Shown here piece after piece: positions 1 to 8,798 of a DNA stretch of 64,000 nucleotides. Position numbers and translations under genes: made by a program. The DNA lies in IMG/VR virus record IMGVR_UViG_3300032315_001715, positions 310,001 to 374,000 of that record; one strand, written 5' to 3'. Below the pieces are notes generated by a model. The model made no database searches, was not told where the DNA came from, and worked only from the letters and a program-made list of their open reading frames with translations. Each line of letters begins with the position of its first letter. Within the stretch, counting starts at the first letter, position 1.

Positions 1-174
1 GGCCTCAAACAGGATGGATCCAGGACGATCATCACCAAACCTCTCCCTGCACCATGCTCGCATGTCTCCGATCTGCGTCATGCGTTCCTTGGGGATCGAC
101 ACGCAATGTCCCAACACATATCGAATGAGATCTGGCCGGGAATACCCGGTGAAATCGTCCCGTTCGGTTTGCAT
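1..174 (-). CDS. hypothetical protein, partial (runs off left edge)
   Basis: ATG at 174 overlaps TGA of upstream gene (TGATG); open to base 1: MQTERDDFTGYSRPDLIRYVLGHCVSIPKERMTQIGDMRAWCRERFGDDRPG; not in ORF track. Confidence 0.55.
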   Translation of the reverse strand, partial: MQTERDDFTGYSRPDLIRYVLGHCVSIPKERMTQIGDMRAWCRERFGDDRPGSILFEA

Positions 175-1322
175 CACAGGAACCAGTGCGGTACCACGCG
201 GCTGCGATCACGAACGATCTCCCGATCATGATCACGAACGATCATGCCGGCGGATTTGTTACCTACCACCCAGCTACCAATCACCGCATGATTACCGTCC
301 TGCTTGAACAGGTTGGCACGCTGCTGATAGATCCTGCGGCCCTGGTAAATGCCATCGGTCTTGTCCACTACTTGCCCAGAGCTAACAATGTCAATGTTTG
401 CGCCCTCGCGGCTCAGCAGAGGCTTGGCAACGTAATCCGTGGTCATCTCCTCGGCGGTCCACTTGGCCGGCAGGATGTTGGGGTGGTCCGGGAACATCTC
501 ATGTAGGATTGGCAGGATGCCCTTGTTGCTAAGGATCATCTTCCAAACGGGCTCAACGATACCGCTGACGTCGTTGCGTGTATAGCTGCCGAAGTCATCG
601 TCCGTCATCCACTCCCAGGGATAGAGCTTGAACCAATACTTGATCTGACGATCCTCTAGGTCCACGAACTTGCCATCCAGCCAGCCGATCTTGGCAAGAT
701 CGATGAAATCCGTGTCCATGCCGGCCTGCGTGGCCAGGTCTTGTAGATACCGACAGGTTTGGCGCTCCTCCTCGTTTTCCTCGTAGCCAGCAAAGTAAAA
801 GCGCTCACCCGGGGTCATGATGGTGCGAAGCTCACCAAATCGTTCCTGTAGCTTTTCGTGCAGGCTGTTGAACTGATCGCAGCCCTTGTGGGTGTCCTGC
901 AACCAGAACCACTGCATCAGCGCGCTTTCAATCACCATAGTGGGCGTATCGGCGTTGTATTCCAGCATCTTGGGCAGCGACTTGCCATCGTAGGCAAAGT
1001 CAAAACGCCCATACAGGCTCGGATCCTGACGAGCCCAGCTCCACTGGATGTAATCGTGATAGAGCACGGGAATGCCCATCTTTTTCATGAGGTCGGTGTC
1101 CTTGAACACACGATCCACGGCTTCGATGCAGCGATCATGGCACTCTTCCGTGGCAGCTTCAAGCTCGTCCACTTCAGCAGCGGTGAACTCATAGGCCACG
1201 CTTTCGTCCCAATAGGTGCCATCGCCACCGTCGGCTGGCAATCCAGCCGTGTGGTAGGTAAACCCGATTTCTTCAGCCCGCTCGGTCCAATTAGCCCGAG
1301 GCTTAACCACATGTCGCTTCAT
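174..1322 (-). CDS. glutathionylspermidine synthase family ATP-grasp ligase (YjfC/YgiC-like)
   Basis: LYGRFDFAYDG, KMLEYNADTPT, FKLYPWEWM, KPLLSREGANI motifs; start moved to 1322 (AGGAG RBS, follows stop of upstream gene). Confidence 0.92.
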   Translation of the reverse strand: MKRHVVKPRANWTERAEEIGFTYHTAGLPADGGDGTYWDESVAYEFTAAEVDELEAATEECHDRCIEAVDRVFKDTDLMKKMGIPVLYHDYIQWSWARQDPSLYGRFDFAYDGKSLPKMLEYNADTPTMVIESALMQWFWLQDTHKGCDQFNSLHEKLQERFGELRTIMTPGERFYFAGYEENEEERQTCRYLQDLATQAGMDTDFIDLAKIGWLDGKFVDLEDRQIKYWFKLYPWEWMTDDDFGSYTRNDVSGIVEPVWKMILSNKGILPILHEMFPDHPNILPAKWTAEEMTTDYVAKPLLSREGANIDIVSSGQVVDKTDGIYQGRRIYQQRANLFKQDGNHAVIGSWVVGNKSAGMIVRDHDREIVRDRSRVVPHWFL

Positions 1323-1323
1323 G

Positions 1324-1941
1324 TTATGCTCCTGCTGCTCCCGAGCCTGCTCTGCCAAATCCACCACGTGCGGCTGCGCTCGGCGCTGCTACCGCTGCTC
1401 TACCTGCTGCAGGTGCGGGTGAACTGATGCCTGATCGCGCTGCACCTGAGCTCATACCGCTACCAAGGCTGCCAGAGGAGTAAGGAACGCCACCGCCGTG
1501 GAAGCTGCCGACAAACACCGCTGATCCGCCCGACCGTGTACCACCTGCTACCACCTGGCGACCGTCGCGTTCACGATCCGTGGCAGGATTTTGATATCCC
1601 TGCAGGTACACAGGCCTCGTGGTGTCTAATGCGCGGCCAACCATGAAACCGACCATGGCGGGAAGCCAAACGTCAGTTGAACCGGTGCTGACATTGTTGC
1701 AGCGCTCATGTCCGCGGTCCATGCAGGATTCCTGGCTGGAATATCGTGGACCAGTTGCGATGTGATTTCCAAGGGCTTGGGCATATCGTGTATCGCAATC
1801 AGTGCCGCCTGACGATCGACACTGTTCGATGGATTCATAAATGGCCTGTCCTTCTCGAGGGGTGTCGTCATTGCATGCCGCAAGGGCAACCGCACTGACA
1901 GTCCCAAGAAGTACCAAGGCAATCTGTCTTGAATGTTTCAT
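1324..1941 (-). CDS. DUF1190 family lipoprotein (YjfM/YgiB-like)
   Basis: Lipobox ALAAC, Cys pairs, WLPAMVGFMVG, Gly/Ser-rich tail ending RGGFG; adjacent to GSP synthase as in yjfMC. Confidence 0.85.
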   Translation of the reverse strand: MKHSRQIALVLLGTVSAVALAACNDDTPREGQAIYESIEQCRSSGGTDCDTRYAQALGNHIATGPRYSSQESCMDRGHERCNNVSTGSTDVWLPAMVGFMVGRALDTTRPVYLQGYQNPATDRERDGRQVVAGGTRSGGSAVFVGSFHGGGVPYSSGSLGSGMSSGAARSGISSPAPAAGRAAVAAPSAAARGGFGRAGSGAAGA

Positions 1942-1958
1942 GTTGTCTCCGTAGTGCT

Positions 1959-1986
1959 ATTATAGCAGGTTCCTGCTTTCGGTCAA
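1959..1986 (-). promoter_or_regulatory. sigma70-type promoter
   Basis: TTGACC-N16-TATAAT then GGAG RBS before 1941. Confidence 0.75.
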
Positions 1987-1990
1987 TGGT

Positions 1991-2386
1991 TTAATAGACC
2001 AAACAAGCAGCTTGCAGGATCCCAATGGCCATGCTGCCACCACCCAGCATCACGGCATTGGCCATGCACTCGTCCGATGCGATCTTCTTTTGCAGGTTAC
2101 CAAACACAAAGTTCAGCAGTTCCCACATGCCTAGCTGAACTACCAGGCTGATGGCGCACCAAACGAGCTTGTCCGTCCATCCGGTGCTGTGGATGATCAC
2201 GCTGCTCATGGCGATCACCATGCCCACGGCAGTGCCTAGATAGCTGATGGCCGCCGCGGTGTTGCCCTCGCGGATCAGCTTGATCTCGTCATACGGCGTG
2301 ACCAGCTTGTATGCGTAAAGTGCCAGTGCCAACATGGCAATGCTGGAAAGGAAATAAATGAGGAAATTTGGCAGTGTGCTGAGCAT
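1991..2386 (-). CDS. DUF350 family membrane protein (YjfL-like)
   Basis: Four hydrophobic segments; TPYDEIKLIREGNTAAA motif. Confidence 0.88.
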   Translation of the reverse strand: MLSTLPNFLIYFLSSIAMLALALYAYKLVTPYDEIKLIREGNTAAAISYLGTAVGMVIAMSSVIIHSTGWTDKLVWCAISLVVQLGMWELLNFVFGNLQKKIASDECMANAVMLGGGSMAIGILQAACLVY

Positions 2387-2408
2387 GATTGTCTCCTTTG
2401 TGCTCGTT

Positions 2409-2651
2409 TTATGCCCAGGTTAGCTGGGCTAGAAAAATGTACGGTCCAGTGGTCATCAACAGTTCGTCATAGGGTTTCATGCCTAGCTTTGATGAACTAA
2501 CACGCCTGATCCACCATGATCGAACGCCCGGGCCGTGGCTACGACCTATGTTAGCTCGACACCAGGTTTTCAATGCTTGCAATTCATCACGATCATCCGG
2601 ACGAAAGACCAGCACCGGCAACCCTTGATAAGTGTCCGAATAGCTTTTCAA
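2409..2651 (-). CDS. hypothetical protein (WCxxxxG small-protein type)
   Basis: 80 aa ORF in co-directional chain with overlapping stop/start. Confidence 0.6.
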   Translation of the reverse strand: MKSYSDTYQGLPVLVFRPDDRDELQALKTWCRANIGRSHGPGVRSWWIRRVSSSKLGMKPYDELLMTTGPYIFLAQLTWA

Positions 2652-2836
2652 AAGAACGGCTCTCGGCGCTGCGTCGGCAGTTTCCCGCGGAATTTACGGT
2701 CAACCCATCGGCGAAATCGTCCAAGGGTTTGACCAAAAGCACGGCTTCCCATCCACATCATACCGATCGCCATGCCAAGCAACGGCGGCATCGCTAAAAA
2801 CATCGCCATTAACAACCAATTAGTCATGGCTGTCAT
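2648..2836 (-). CDS. small hypothetical membrane protein
   Basis: N-terminal hydrophobic helix, basic tail, overlaps neighbours. Confidence 0.55.
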   Translation of the reverse strand: MTAMTNWLLMAMFLAMPPLLGMAIGMMWMGSRAFGQTLGRFRRWVDRKFRGKLPTQRREPFF

Positions 2837-3038
2837 TCCATCTGAGTATTGCTAGGGTGCGATCAAAATCACACATGGCAAAGTGCTCGGCTTGCTTTCT
2901 CAAATTTTGGTCATAAATCAGGCACAGCAACTCCGGTCGAGTCGTCTCGAGATTGCCGGCTACCTTGCTGTCGTAGACCGCATCAATTGCCCGACCTAGA
3001 TCATCATCTGACATGGCTAGCAGCCATCCATTAAGCAT
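2820..3038 (-). CDS. hypothetical protein
   Basis: TGATG coupling to ligase stop. Confidence 0.55.
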   Translation of the reverse strand: MLNGWLLAMSDDDLGRAIDAVYDSKVAGNLETTRPELLCLIYDQNLRKQAEHFAMCDFDRTLAILRWNDSHD

Positions 3039-4441
3039 CAGATCTTCTCCCCCGGTTCCCAGCCACGGAATTGCATGAACACCGGAAACCGCAGGCTCCA
3101 GCTATCGCCCTTTTGGCTCTTGGTTAGTGCATCTCCCTTGATTTCAACGATACGGCCCAAGACGGCGTTGCGATCAGCCCAGATCGCATCTCGCAGCTCT
3201 TCACTATAACCGCCGCCAACCGTTACCTCGACCAGCTTGCCTTGATCTGTGCCTCGGCAAATCAATCCGCCCAAAGTGTTGGCAAACTTGCTTTCAGGCT
3301 TGCCGGGTTCAAATCCAATCACTTCTAGATCAACGGTGATCCATGGCTTGATCTTTAGCCATGCATCGGTGCGCTTGGTTCGATATGTGGACGACGGGTC
3401 CTTGATCATCACGCCCTCATAGCCAGCCTCGATGGTCTCAGCGTTGAACTCCTTGAGGGCCTGTTGGCCTTCCTTGGTATTGAGATCAACCCTAAGCTTG
3501 GGTACCACGTAGATAGCACCGCTAGAAATCTCATCCAGTAATGGCTGGAATTCCACCAACGCTTCATGCCGTTGTGTTTGCGTAAGATTGCACTCTCCGG
3601 CAAGGAAATCCGCCATGGGTAAGCAATCAAACAGCGCGAGCTTGGCATCCTTGGTATCGGCCTTGCCCTTGCCTCGATTGAGCTGCTTCATCAGGGCCTG
3701 GAAGCTGCGGCTGGTCATCTCGCCGTCTAATACCATGCTACACTTGAGGCTAGGTAACAGCTTGGCTTGCATGGCTGCGATATGCTCAAAATTGGTGTTG
3801 ATGCGCCCTTCTCGAGTGTAGTGTGTGACCTCGTTGCGCTCCTTGTCGAGGAAGCTCAACACCCGCACACCGTCGAGCTTGATATCAATCAGCTTGGAGC
3901 CGATCATTTTCTTGGGATGGTCTTCGCCGTTCTTAGCCAACTGGCAGCTGAACTCCGGGATGATATAGGGTTCAGCTGCGGCGCCGTTTTTGCCCAAGAC
4001 CTTGTTGATGGTGCTGTCAGTGCAGCCGCATTTGAAATCCTTCAGCAAAACGCGGCGATAAAACCCGTTCCAATCCCGAACGTTGGCGGTATCAGATGCG
4101 GCACGCAATGCATCTCGAGCGGCATTGCCGCTGAGCTCACGGGTTTCTAGCTTGGCCGCGATCGCCTTGAAATCATTCCAGGTGAATGTGCTGGCTGGTT
4201 GTGGCGCATCGTCCTCATCGGTGATCAACGGGGCCTTTCGCACGCCATATGTGCGCAGCGCATCATACGCCATGAGAGCTCCTTCAAAGAACTCAATCAA
4301 TCCTGCATCCCAAGCTGCTTGGATGATGTGCTCCTTGTGACCACGAGCAGAGACCGATTCCAGCGCGTAGATTACATCGGCAGCGGTGAGCAGATTTAGC
4401 GAGGATGGATCAAAGTCGTCGTCGGAATGGGCATCGGCCAT
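3038..4441 (-). CDS. lig: ATP-dependent DNA ligase
   Basis: KLDGVR (motif I), LDGEM, EGVMIK, WLKIKP, C-terminal OB fold with SLRFPVF. Confidence 0.95.
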   Translation of the reverse strand: MADAHSDDDFDPSSLNLLTAADVIYALESVSARGHKEHIIQAAWDAGLIEFFEGALMAYDALRTYGVRKAPLITDEDDAPQPASTFTWNDFKAIAAKLETRELSGNAARDALRAASDTANVRDWNGFYRRVLLKDFKCGCTDSTINKVLGKNGAAAEPYIIPEFSCQLAKNGEDHPKKMIGSKLIDIKLDGVRVLSFLDKERNEVTHYTREGRINTNFEHIAAMQAKLLPSLKCSMVLDGEMTSRSFQALMKQLNRGKGKADTKDAKLALFDCLPMADFLAGECNLTQTQRHEALVEFQPLLDEISSGAIYVVPKLRVDLNTKEGQQALKEFNAETIEAGYEGVMIKDPSSTYRTKRTDAWLKIKPWITVDLEVIGFEPGKPESKFANTLGGLICRGTDQGKLVEVTVGGGYSEELRDAIWADRNAVLGRIVEIKGDALTKSQKGDSWSLRFPVFMQFRGWEPGEKI

Positions 4442-4466
4442 GTTATTCTCCTTGTTGCGTTGCTAG

Positions 4467-4494
4467 ATTATAGCACGGATTGCAGCATGGTCAA
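4467..4494 (-). promoter_or_regulatory. sigma70-type promoter
   Basis: TTGACC-N16-TATAAT then AAGGAG RBS of ligase. Confidence 0.8.
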
Positions 4495-4534
4495 GCGATT
4501 TAATCCTGGATGGTGCGGCACCGCATGGATCCGT

Positions 4535-4995
4535 TGGATGGATTACGCTGTGTTTGCGGTTGGCTGGGGTCATAGACCATATCTCCCCCGCGGTTAAATG
4601 GGGGAGATGTATCGTGGCTGCGTACAGGCAGTTTCCACAGACCGAATTTTCATGCTGCTTATTAAAGCGTCTGGCGGTTGTCCGGTACCAGAATCACATG
4701 CACATCTTGGATTTTTTTTAATCCAACAGCGGGGGAGCAAAGCAGGGTATTCGATCAACCTGCTTGCGCTTGATCGTTAACAACGTCAGTTAGAGCGATC
4801 CGTTTTGTCAGCCGGCTTCACCGGAGAAGATAATTTCGTGACCTCGATGCCGCCTTGATCAACTATACCGAGCTCGGGCTGGGGAGATTTATACGTTGGC
4901 ACAGCCGTGCTTCTCGGTCGCCCGCAGCGGGCATTTGTTCGCGTTCCTGACGGTAACCGTCCCTTCCGCGAGTGGATTCAGTACCACCATGTCAT
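4535..4995 (-). ncRNA. large structured ncRNA, unassigned family, copy A
   Basis: Intergenic; shares identical 11-16 nt blocks in the same order, plus covarying hairpins, with 54870-55330; ends approximate. Confidence 0.8.
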
Positions 4996-5056
4996 GTCTG
5001 CTATATGAAGTTTGTGATGTTACCGGCATTTGAGGTTTGGTTACAAATGATAAAAT

Positions 5057-5084
5057 AGAAAGCGGGCCAAAAGGCCCGCTTTCT
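5057..5084. terminator. intrinsic terminator, probably bidirectional
   Basis: AGAAAGCGGGCC-AAAA-GGCCCGCTTTCT with A/T-rich flanks. Confidence 0.8.
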
Positions 5085-5090
5085 TTTGGT

Positions 5091-5960
5091 TTATCCTTTC
5101 CAGTCGGATGGAGGTTTGCATCCGCTGGCATCATATGCAGGAAATGGATTAGCCTGGTATGACACATCACGCTTCTTTCGAAGCCTGATGCCCATTTTCT
5201 CCAGGTTCTTGGCCGTGTTGTAATACATGGCCAGCACAGCATCCGGTTGGTTTGGATTAGCCCTGCTGAACTGCGTGGTCTGCGTTTGCCACGTCGTGGC
5301 ATTGCCGAATCCGGTGCCAACATCCTGTGTTACCGGGCTGCTGGTTAGGCTTTGCTGCATTGCGGCGCCGATGATGCCGCCACTGGTCTTGACCTCGGCA
5401 GAATTCATGGGCATTGCCGCAGCAGCAGATTTTACCATGCTGGCATTGATGCGCCGATCGCTTGATTCGGTTAACGCTGCGCCCACCCATGTGTTATTGA
5501 TGGATGATATCTGTGACCCGTAACCTATAAGTCCTCGCGTCATGTAGTAGTCTTCGTGCCGTGTTGGTTCGACATATTCCGAAAATACCATCGCACCAAT
5601 GACCCCGGTATTGGAAGTGCTGCCGCCTATGGCATTAACATAGCTGTCCCTGCTGCGGCTGAAGAAGAACTCCGCAGCTTCTTGGTTGCTGATCTTCCAC
5701 CCAGGAATGCTGATGGTATCCTGTGCATTGACAACGTATCCTTGGCTGCTTGGACCGGCAGGCTTGCCTTCCAGTATGTCAAGTCCGTCAACACTCAGTA
5801 TGAACAATGCACGCGATTGCGTGTTGTTCCTGATATCGATGGTATAGTTGTTGCCTTCCCTGCCTTCGATCCAGACAGCACCATTGTGATAGTATTCATC
5901 GGCAGGGGTCCGACCCCTAGGACGCACGATCATCTCGTAGCGCCTTGCGTTGTCTAGCAT
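5091..5960 (-). CDS. conserved hypothetical protein (vWA-associated)
   Basis: 289 aa; LSVDGLDI, GYVV, IPGW, GVIGAMVF, GTGFG motifs; directly downstream of vWA gene. Confidence 0.75.
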   Translation of the reverse strand: MLDNARRYEMIVRPRGRTPADEYYHNGAVWIEGREGNNYTIDIRNNTQSRALFILSVDGLDILEGKPAGPSSQGYVVNAQDTISIPGWKISNQEAAEFFFSRSRDSYVNAIGGSTSNTGVIGAMVFSEYVEPTRHEDYYMTRGLIGYGSQISSINNTWVGAALTESSDRRINASMVKSAAAAMPMNSAEVKTSGGIIGAAMQQSLTSSPVTQDVGTGFGNATTWQTQTTQFSRANPNQPDAVLAMYYNTAKNLEKMGIRLRKKRDVSYQANPFPAYDASGCKPPSDWKG

Positions 5961-5971
5961 GTTGCTGCTCC

Positions 5972-6736
5972 TTACTTCATCGACTTCAGTTCGTCGGTGG
6001 TGTAGAGACCAGTGCTGTAAAGCTCTGCCGTTGAAACGCCTGCTGACTTTGCCATGCGCATGCGCGAGGTGCTAGCACTGACCGAGGCCATCGTTGCACC
6101 CATGTTGGCGGTAGAGTAGTTAACGCTGTTCGCCGCGCTCATGCCAAACCTGCTACCAACGCTGAATGCGTCGATGTTGGCACCGAGGAACGTAAAGGTC
6201 CAGTCAGCCTTTTCGGCCGCAGCAACCATGTCCTTGATCTGTTGGTTGTTGAACCTGCGAGAACTGTTTTCCTCACCATCGGTCATTATGGTGATGATCA
6301 CACCGGGGCGGTCCTTCTTTTTGCTAGCAGCAAGCACCGCATTGACGCTGTTGATGGTTTCGCCAATGGCATCCAACAGATTGGTGCCGCCCGCTGGGGT
6401 ATAACCGGCATGATCAAGCATTGGAACTTCTGAAAGAGGTCGTCCTTGATAAACGGTATTAACCTTATAGCCTTCGAATTTCACCAACGTAAGATAACCA
6501 GCTCCGGCAGTTGCTTCAGCGGCCTTTTGCCCTTGGACGAATTCGTTGAATCCGACGATGGTGGTGTCTCGGCAGATCCCCATGCTGCCGCTTTCGTCAA
6601 GAACGATGGCGATCAAGGTACCGTTCTTGCCGGCCTTCTTGAACTTGATCGGATTTGATTGTGCATCGGGGGTTGAGATCTGGACTGCGGCATTAACATT
6701 GACGGCAAGGCCAGGAAAAGGATTTGGTAAGTTCAT
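5972..6736 (-). CDS. von Willebrand factor A domain protein
   Basis: MIDAS DESGSM, GGTNLLDAIG, IMTDGEENSS. Confidence 0.9.
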   Translation of the reverse strand: MNLPNPFPGLAVNVNAAVQISTPDAQSNPIKFKKAGKNGTLIAIVLDESGSMGICRDTTIVGFNEFVQGQKAAEATAGAGYLTLVKFEGYKVNTVYQGRPLSEVPMLDHAGYTPAGGTNLLDAIGETINSVNAVLAASKKKDRPGVIITIMTDGEENSSRRFNNQQIKDMVAAAEKADWTFTFLGANIDAFSVGSRFGMSAANSVNYSTANMGATMASVSASTSRMRMAKSAGVSTAELYSTGLYTTDELKSMK

Positions 6737-6745
6737 GTTTTACCT

Positions 6746-6816
6746 TCGAGGGCTTTACTGCCGAGAATCACCTCTCGGTCTTTCTGCCTCAGATATGTGA
6801 GCACCATTGCTCACAT
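6746..6816 (-). promoter_or_regulatory. structured 5' leader of vWA gene (two hairpins)
   Basis: TATGTGAGCA-N4-TGCTCACATA, then stem CCGAGA/TCTCGG with AGAAA/AGTAA internal loop. Confidence 0.45.
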
Positions 6817-6916
6817 AATATTATGCACAAATGTAGGTTAACTTTCAATAAATATTGATGCGATTCACGGGATGGCAGTCCCTAATCGCTCTATAACTTG
6901 ATAGGAGTTACAGCAA

Positions 6917-7058
6917 ATGGATGCTAATCCATATTTATCAAACAAGTATTCTAAATGGTATTATCAAATAGTTGATCAAGCATGATGGATTAAGAAAACA
7001 ATTTGCAACGGATCCCGGGGATGGTTGGATTTTAGGTAAGGGCAAAACCAAGATCTAA
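6917..7058 (+). pseudogene. internally deleted homing-endonuclease-like gene remnant
   Basis: AGGAG RBS + MDANPYLSNKYSKWYYQIVDQA* (6917-6985), then in another frame DGLRKQFATDPGDGWILGKGKTKI* (to 7058); these resemble N- and C-termini of phage HNH/NUMOD proteins. Confidence 0.55.
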
Positions 7059-7060
7059 GA

Positions 7061-7678
7061 TCAACCTATTGTTGGAAAAAGTATCTCATTCATGAATTCG
7101 TCTGCACGTTCGGTCCCAAGGAGATTGACCAATGCCTTGCGGGTATGTTCATTTCGACGCTGTTGTAGACAATATCTATTCTGTCCAGCAACGATCGCCG
7201 TACGATCTCCCAAGCTGCCCAGGGTTGGTAGATAATGGACCAGCACTCGAACGGCTTCGTCGCCGATCAACCGCATCTCGTCGGGCGACGGTCGACATGC
7301 TAGCCAGTGCGGAGAAAAGATGTCTCCCCAGTCGGGCCGTTCGCGTGCGCGACCAACATCGATTTCTAAAAAAGGGTTGGTCGGTGCCGCCACCGGACTG
7401 AGATCCATAAACACGCCGGTGATCTTGTTTTCACCGGCGATCACATCAAAACCGTAGATCGGTGACGGGTCGTTTGCATGGGGAAACACGCAGCAATGCA
7501 CCACGCAGAAACGATCTTGGTTGAAGATTTCGACATGTGCTAGCCTAAATCGAGGGCTGCGGAATCTATGGTTTTCCCAGCCATAATCCGGTGTTGGTAT
7601 TGGAACAGCACCATGCTGATGCTCAATGACCTTGAGCAATCGTCGAGCTATTATCTCGACGAGATCAATGCAGCTCAT
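7061..7678 (-). CDS. pcyA: ferredoxin-dependent bilin reductase, PcyA-like
   Basis: RLAHVE, VVHCCVFP, PIYGFDVI, MDLSP, PDWGDIFS, QNRYCLQQRRNEHT; start moved to 7678. Confidence 0.88.
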   Translation of the reverse strand: MSCIDLVEIIARRLLKVIEHQHGAVPIPTPDYGWENHRFRSPRFRLAHVEIFNQDRFCVVHCCVFPHANDPSPIYGFDVIAGENKITGVFMDLSPVAAPTNPFLEIDVGRARERPDWGDIFSPHWLACRPSPDEMRLIGDEAVRVLVHYLPTLGSLGDRTAIVAGQNRYCLQQRRNEHTRKALVNLLGTERADEFMNEILFPTIG

Positions 7679-8231
7679 AGAGCTCGTTATAGATCTTGAT
7701 GGAATATTCGAATGCTTTTTTGGCTTCGACCGCATCTCGATCCCAAACCATGTTTAGCACGGTTTTTCGAACATAATCAACACATGCTCGGGGATCTCGG
7801 AATTCAAGATGCTTTTTTGGGAGGAATTGCAGCTTCTTTGCAATCATCTGTCCGCCATATAACCAACCAAGATAATGTGTATAGATATGCCCGTTGAGTT
7901 GTCCATGTAGATGTGGAAGATAATGGGTATTCAGATACCTGGCATATTCCAATGTGGACGGGCATGCAGTGACGCTGCATGCAGGACCGTTGGCAATATC
8001 TTGAACCAGAAGATGTCGGCGATTGAGATCGCTTGGGAACTGCATCTTGGTTTCAATGGCATCGGCAATCAAATATAGCTGATAACAATAGTTCTTGTAG
8101 ATTAGAGGATCTATTGACGCGTTGAGCAAGTCCTGTGCAAGCCGAGTGTGCTCAGCTTGATCGTGTAGATCGGCGCACGAGCTGCGCAGGTCTTGTTGTG
8201 AGATAGATTCCATCCAAAATAATGTTTTCAT
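7665..8231 (-). CDS. heme oxygenase
   Basis: LHDQAE proximal His, HIYTHYLGWLYGGQMI, EAKKAFEY. Confidence 0.88.
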   Translation of the reverse strand: MKTLFWMESISQQDLRSSCADLHDQAEHTRLAQDLLNASIDPLIYKNYCYQLYLIADAIETKMQFPSDLNRRHLLVQDIANGPACSVTACPSTLEYARYLNTHYLPHLHGQLNGHIYTHYLGWLYGGQMIAKKLQFLPKKHLEFRDPRACVDYVRKTVLNMVWDRDAVEAKKAFEYSIKIYNELYELH

Positions 8232-8791
8232 TTCTTGGATAATTTCAAGTTCATTCTGTCAAGAATTTCCATTAAAGTGACCATGCGCTGATACTCTACC
8301 TTTTTGTAGCTTTCTGGTAGAGAATCCCAGTCCTTGCATGTTGGGCTGGTCTTGTCTCGATGGCTGTGTTTTTGTCCATATCGCCAACCTTCGTCGGTTC
8401 GTTTCCGCAACCAATGGTTATGGTTCATCTTAGCAGCTTCGAGAGCAATGGCCTTGACCAAATCCTCGGCTATCTCATTAGACCGAGTATCAGCCACCGG
8501 CTCTTGGCTCCAGTGTATGGTAAAATCACCGTCTGGGTTGCGATCACTATAGCTTTTAGCGATATCGGTTGCTTCCTCAGCGGTGAGATCCCTGGCGAGC
8601 ACCGCAACATAATGATTGGTTTTACCGTCCTTTCTTCGATAAAAAGATATCTGTCCGTCGGTTGGCATGGTTTCCGTTGAGGCTGAAATTCCGGGAGGAC
8701 CAGCGTCGCTAATGCAGCGAATCCAGCATATTAGCGATTCATCGGGCAATTCGTAATTAGTATCGAGGCAGATGTACGGATGGTTGAACAT
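8228..8791 (-). CDS. RyR-domain protein
   Basis: C-terminal NHNHWLRKRTDEGWRYG...KTSPTCKDWDSLPESYK matches the RyR repeat pattern. Confidence 0.75.
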   Translation of the reverse strand: MFNHPYICLDTNYELPDESLICWIRCISDAGPPGISASTETMPTDGQISFYRRKDGKTNHYVAVLARDLTAEEATDIAKSYSDRNPDGDFTIHWSQEPVADTRSNEIAEDLVKAIALEAAKMNHNHWLRKRTDEGWRYGQKHSHRDKTSPTCKDWDSLPESYKKVEYQRMVTLMEILDRMNLKLSKK

Positions 8792-8798
8792 CCTTTAT

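Noticed and set aside
858-1427. Plus-strand ORFs opposite GSP synthase and similar antisense ORFs throughout
   Set aside because: Overlap well-supported genes on the opposite strand; no RBS or motifs.
4561-4710. Group I intron reading of the large RNA (AGAUAUGGUC resembles the S element after a P8-like hairpin; AGAUGU/ACAUCU resembles P3)
   Set aside because: No conserved R-element/P7 5' strand at the required position, no clear P4-P6, and neither copy interrupts a gene. Still worth a covariance-model test.
4889-5323. 144-aa ORF, and small ORFs at 4598-4780 and 54813-55109, over the ncRNA loci
   Set aside because: Not conserved between the two copies, cross a terminator or real gene, and have no motifs.
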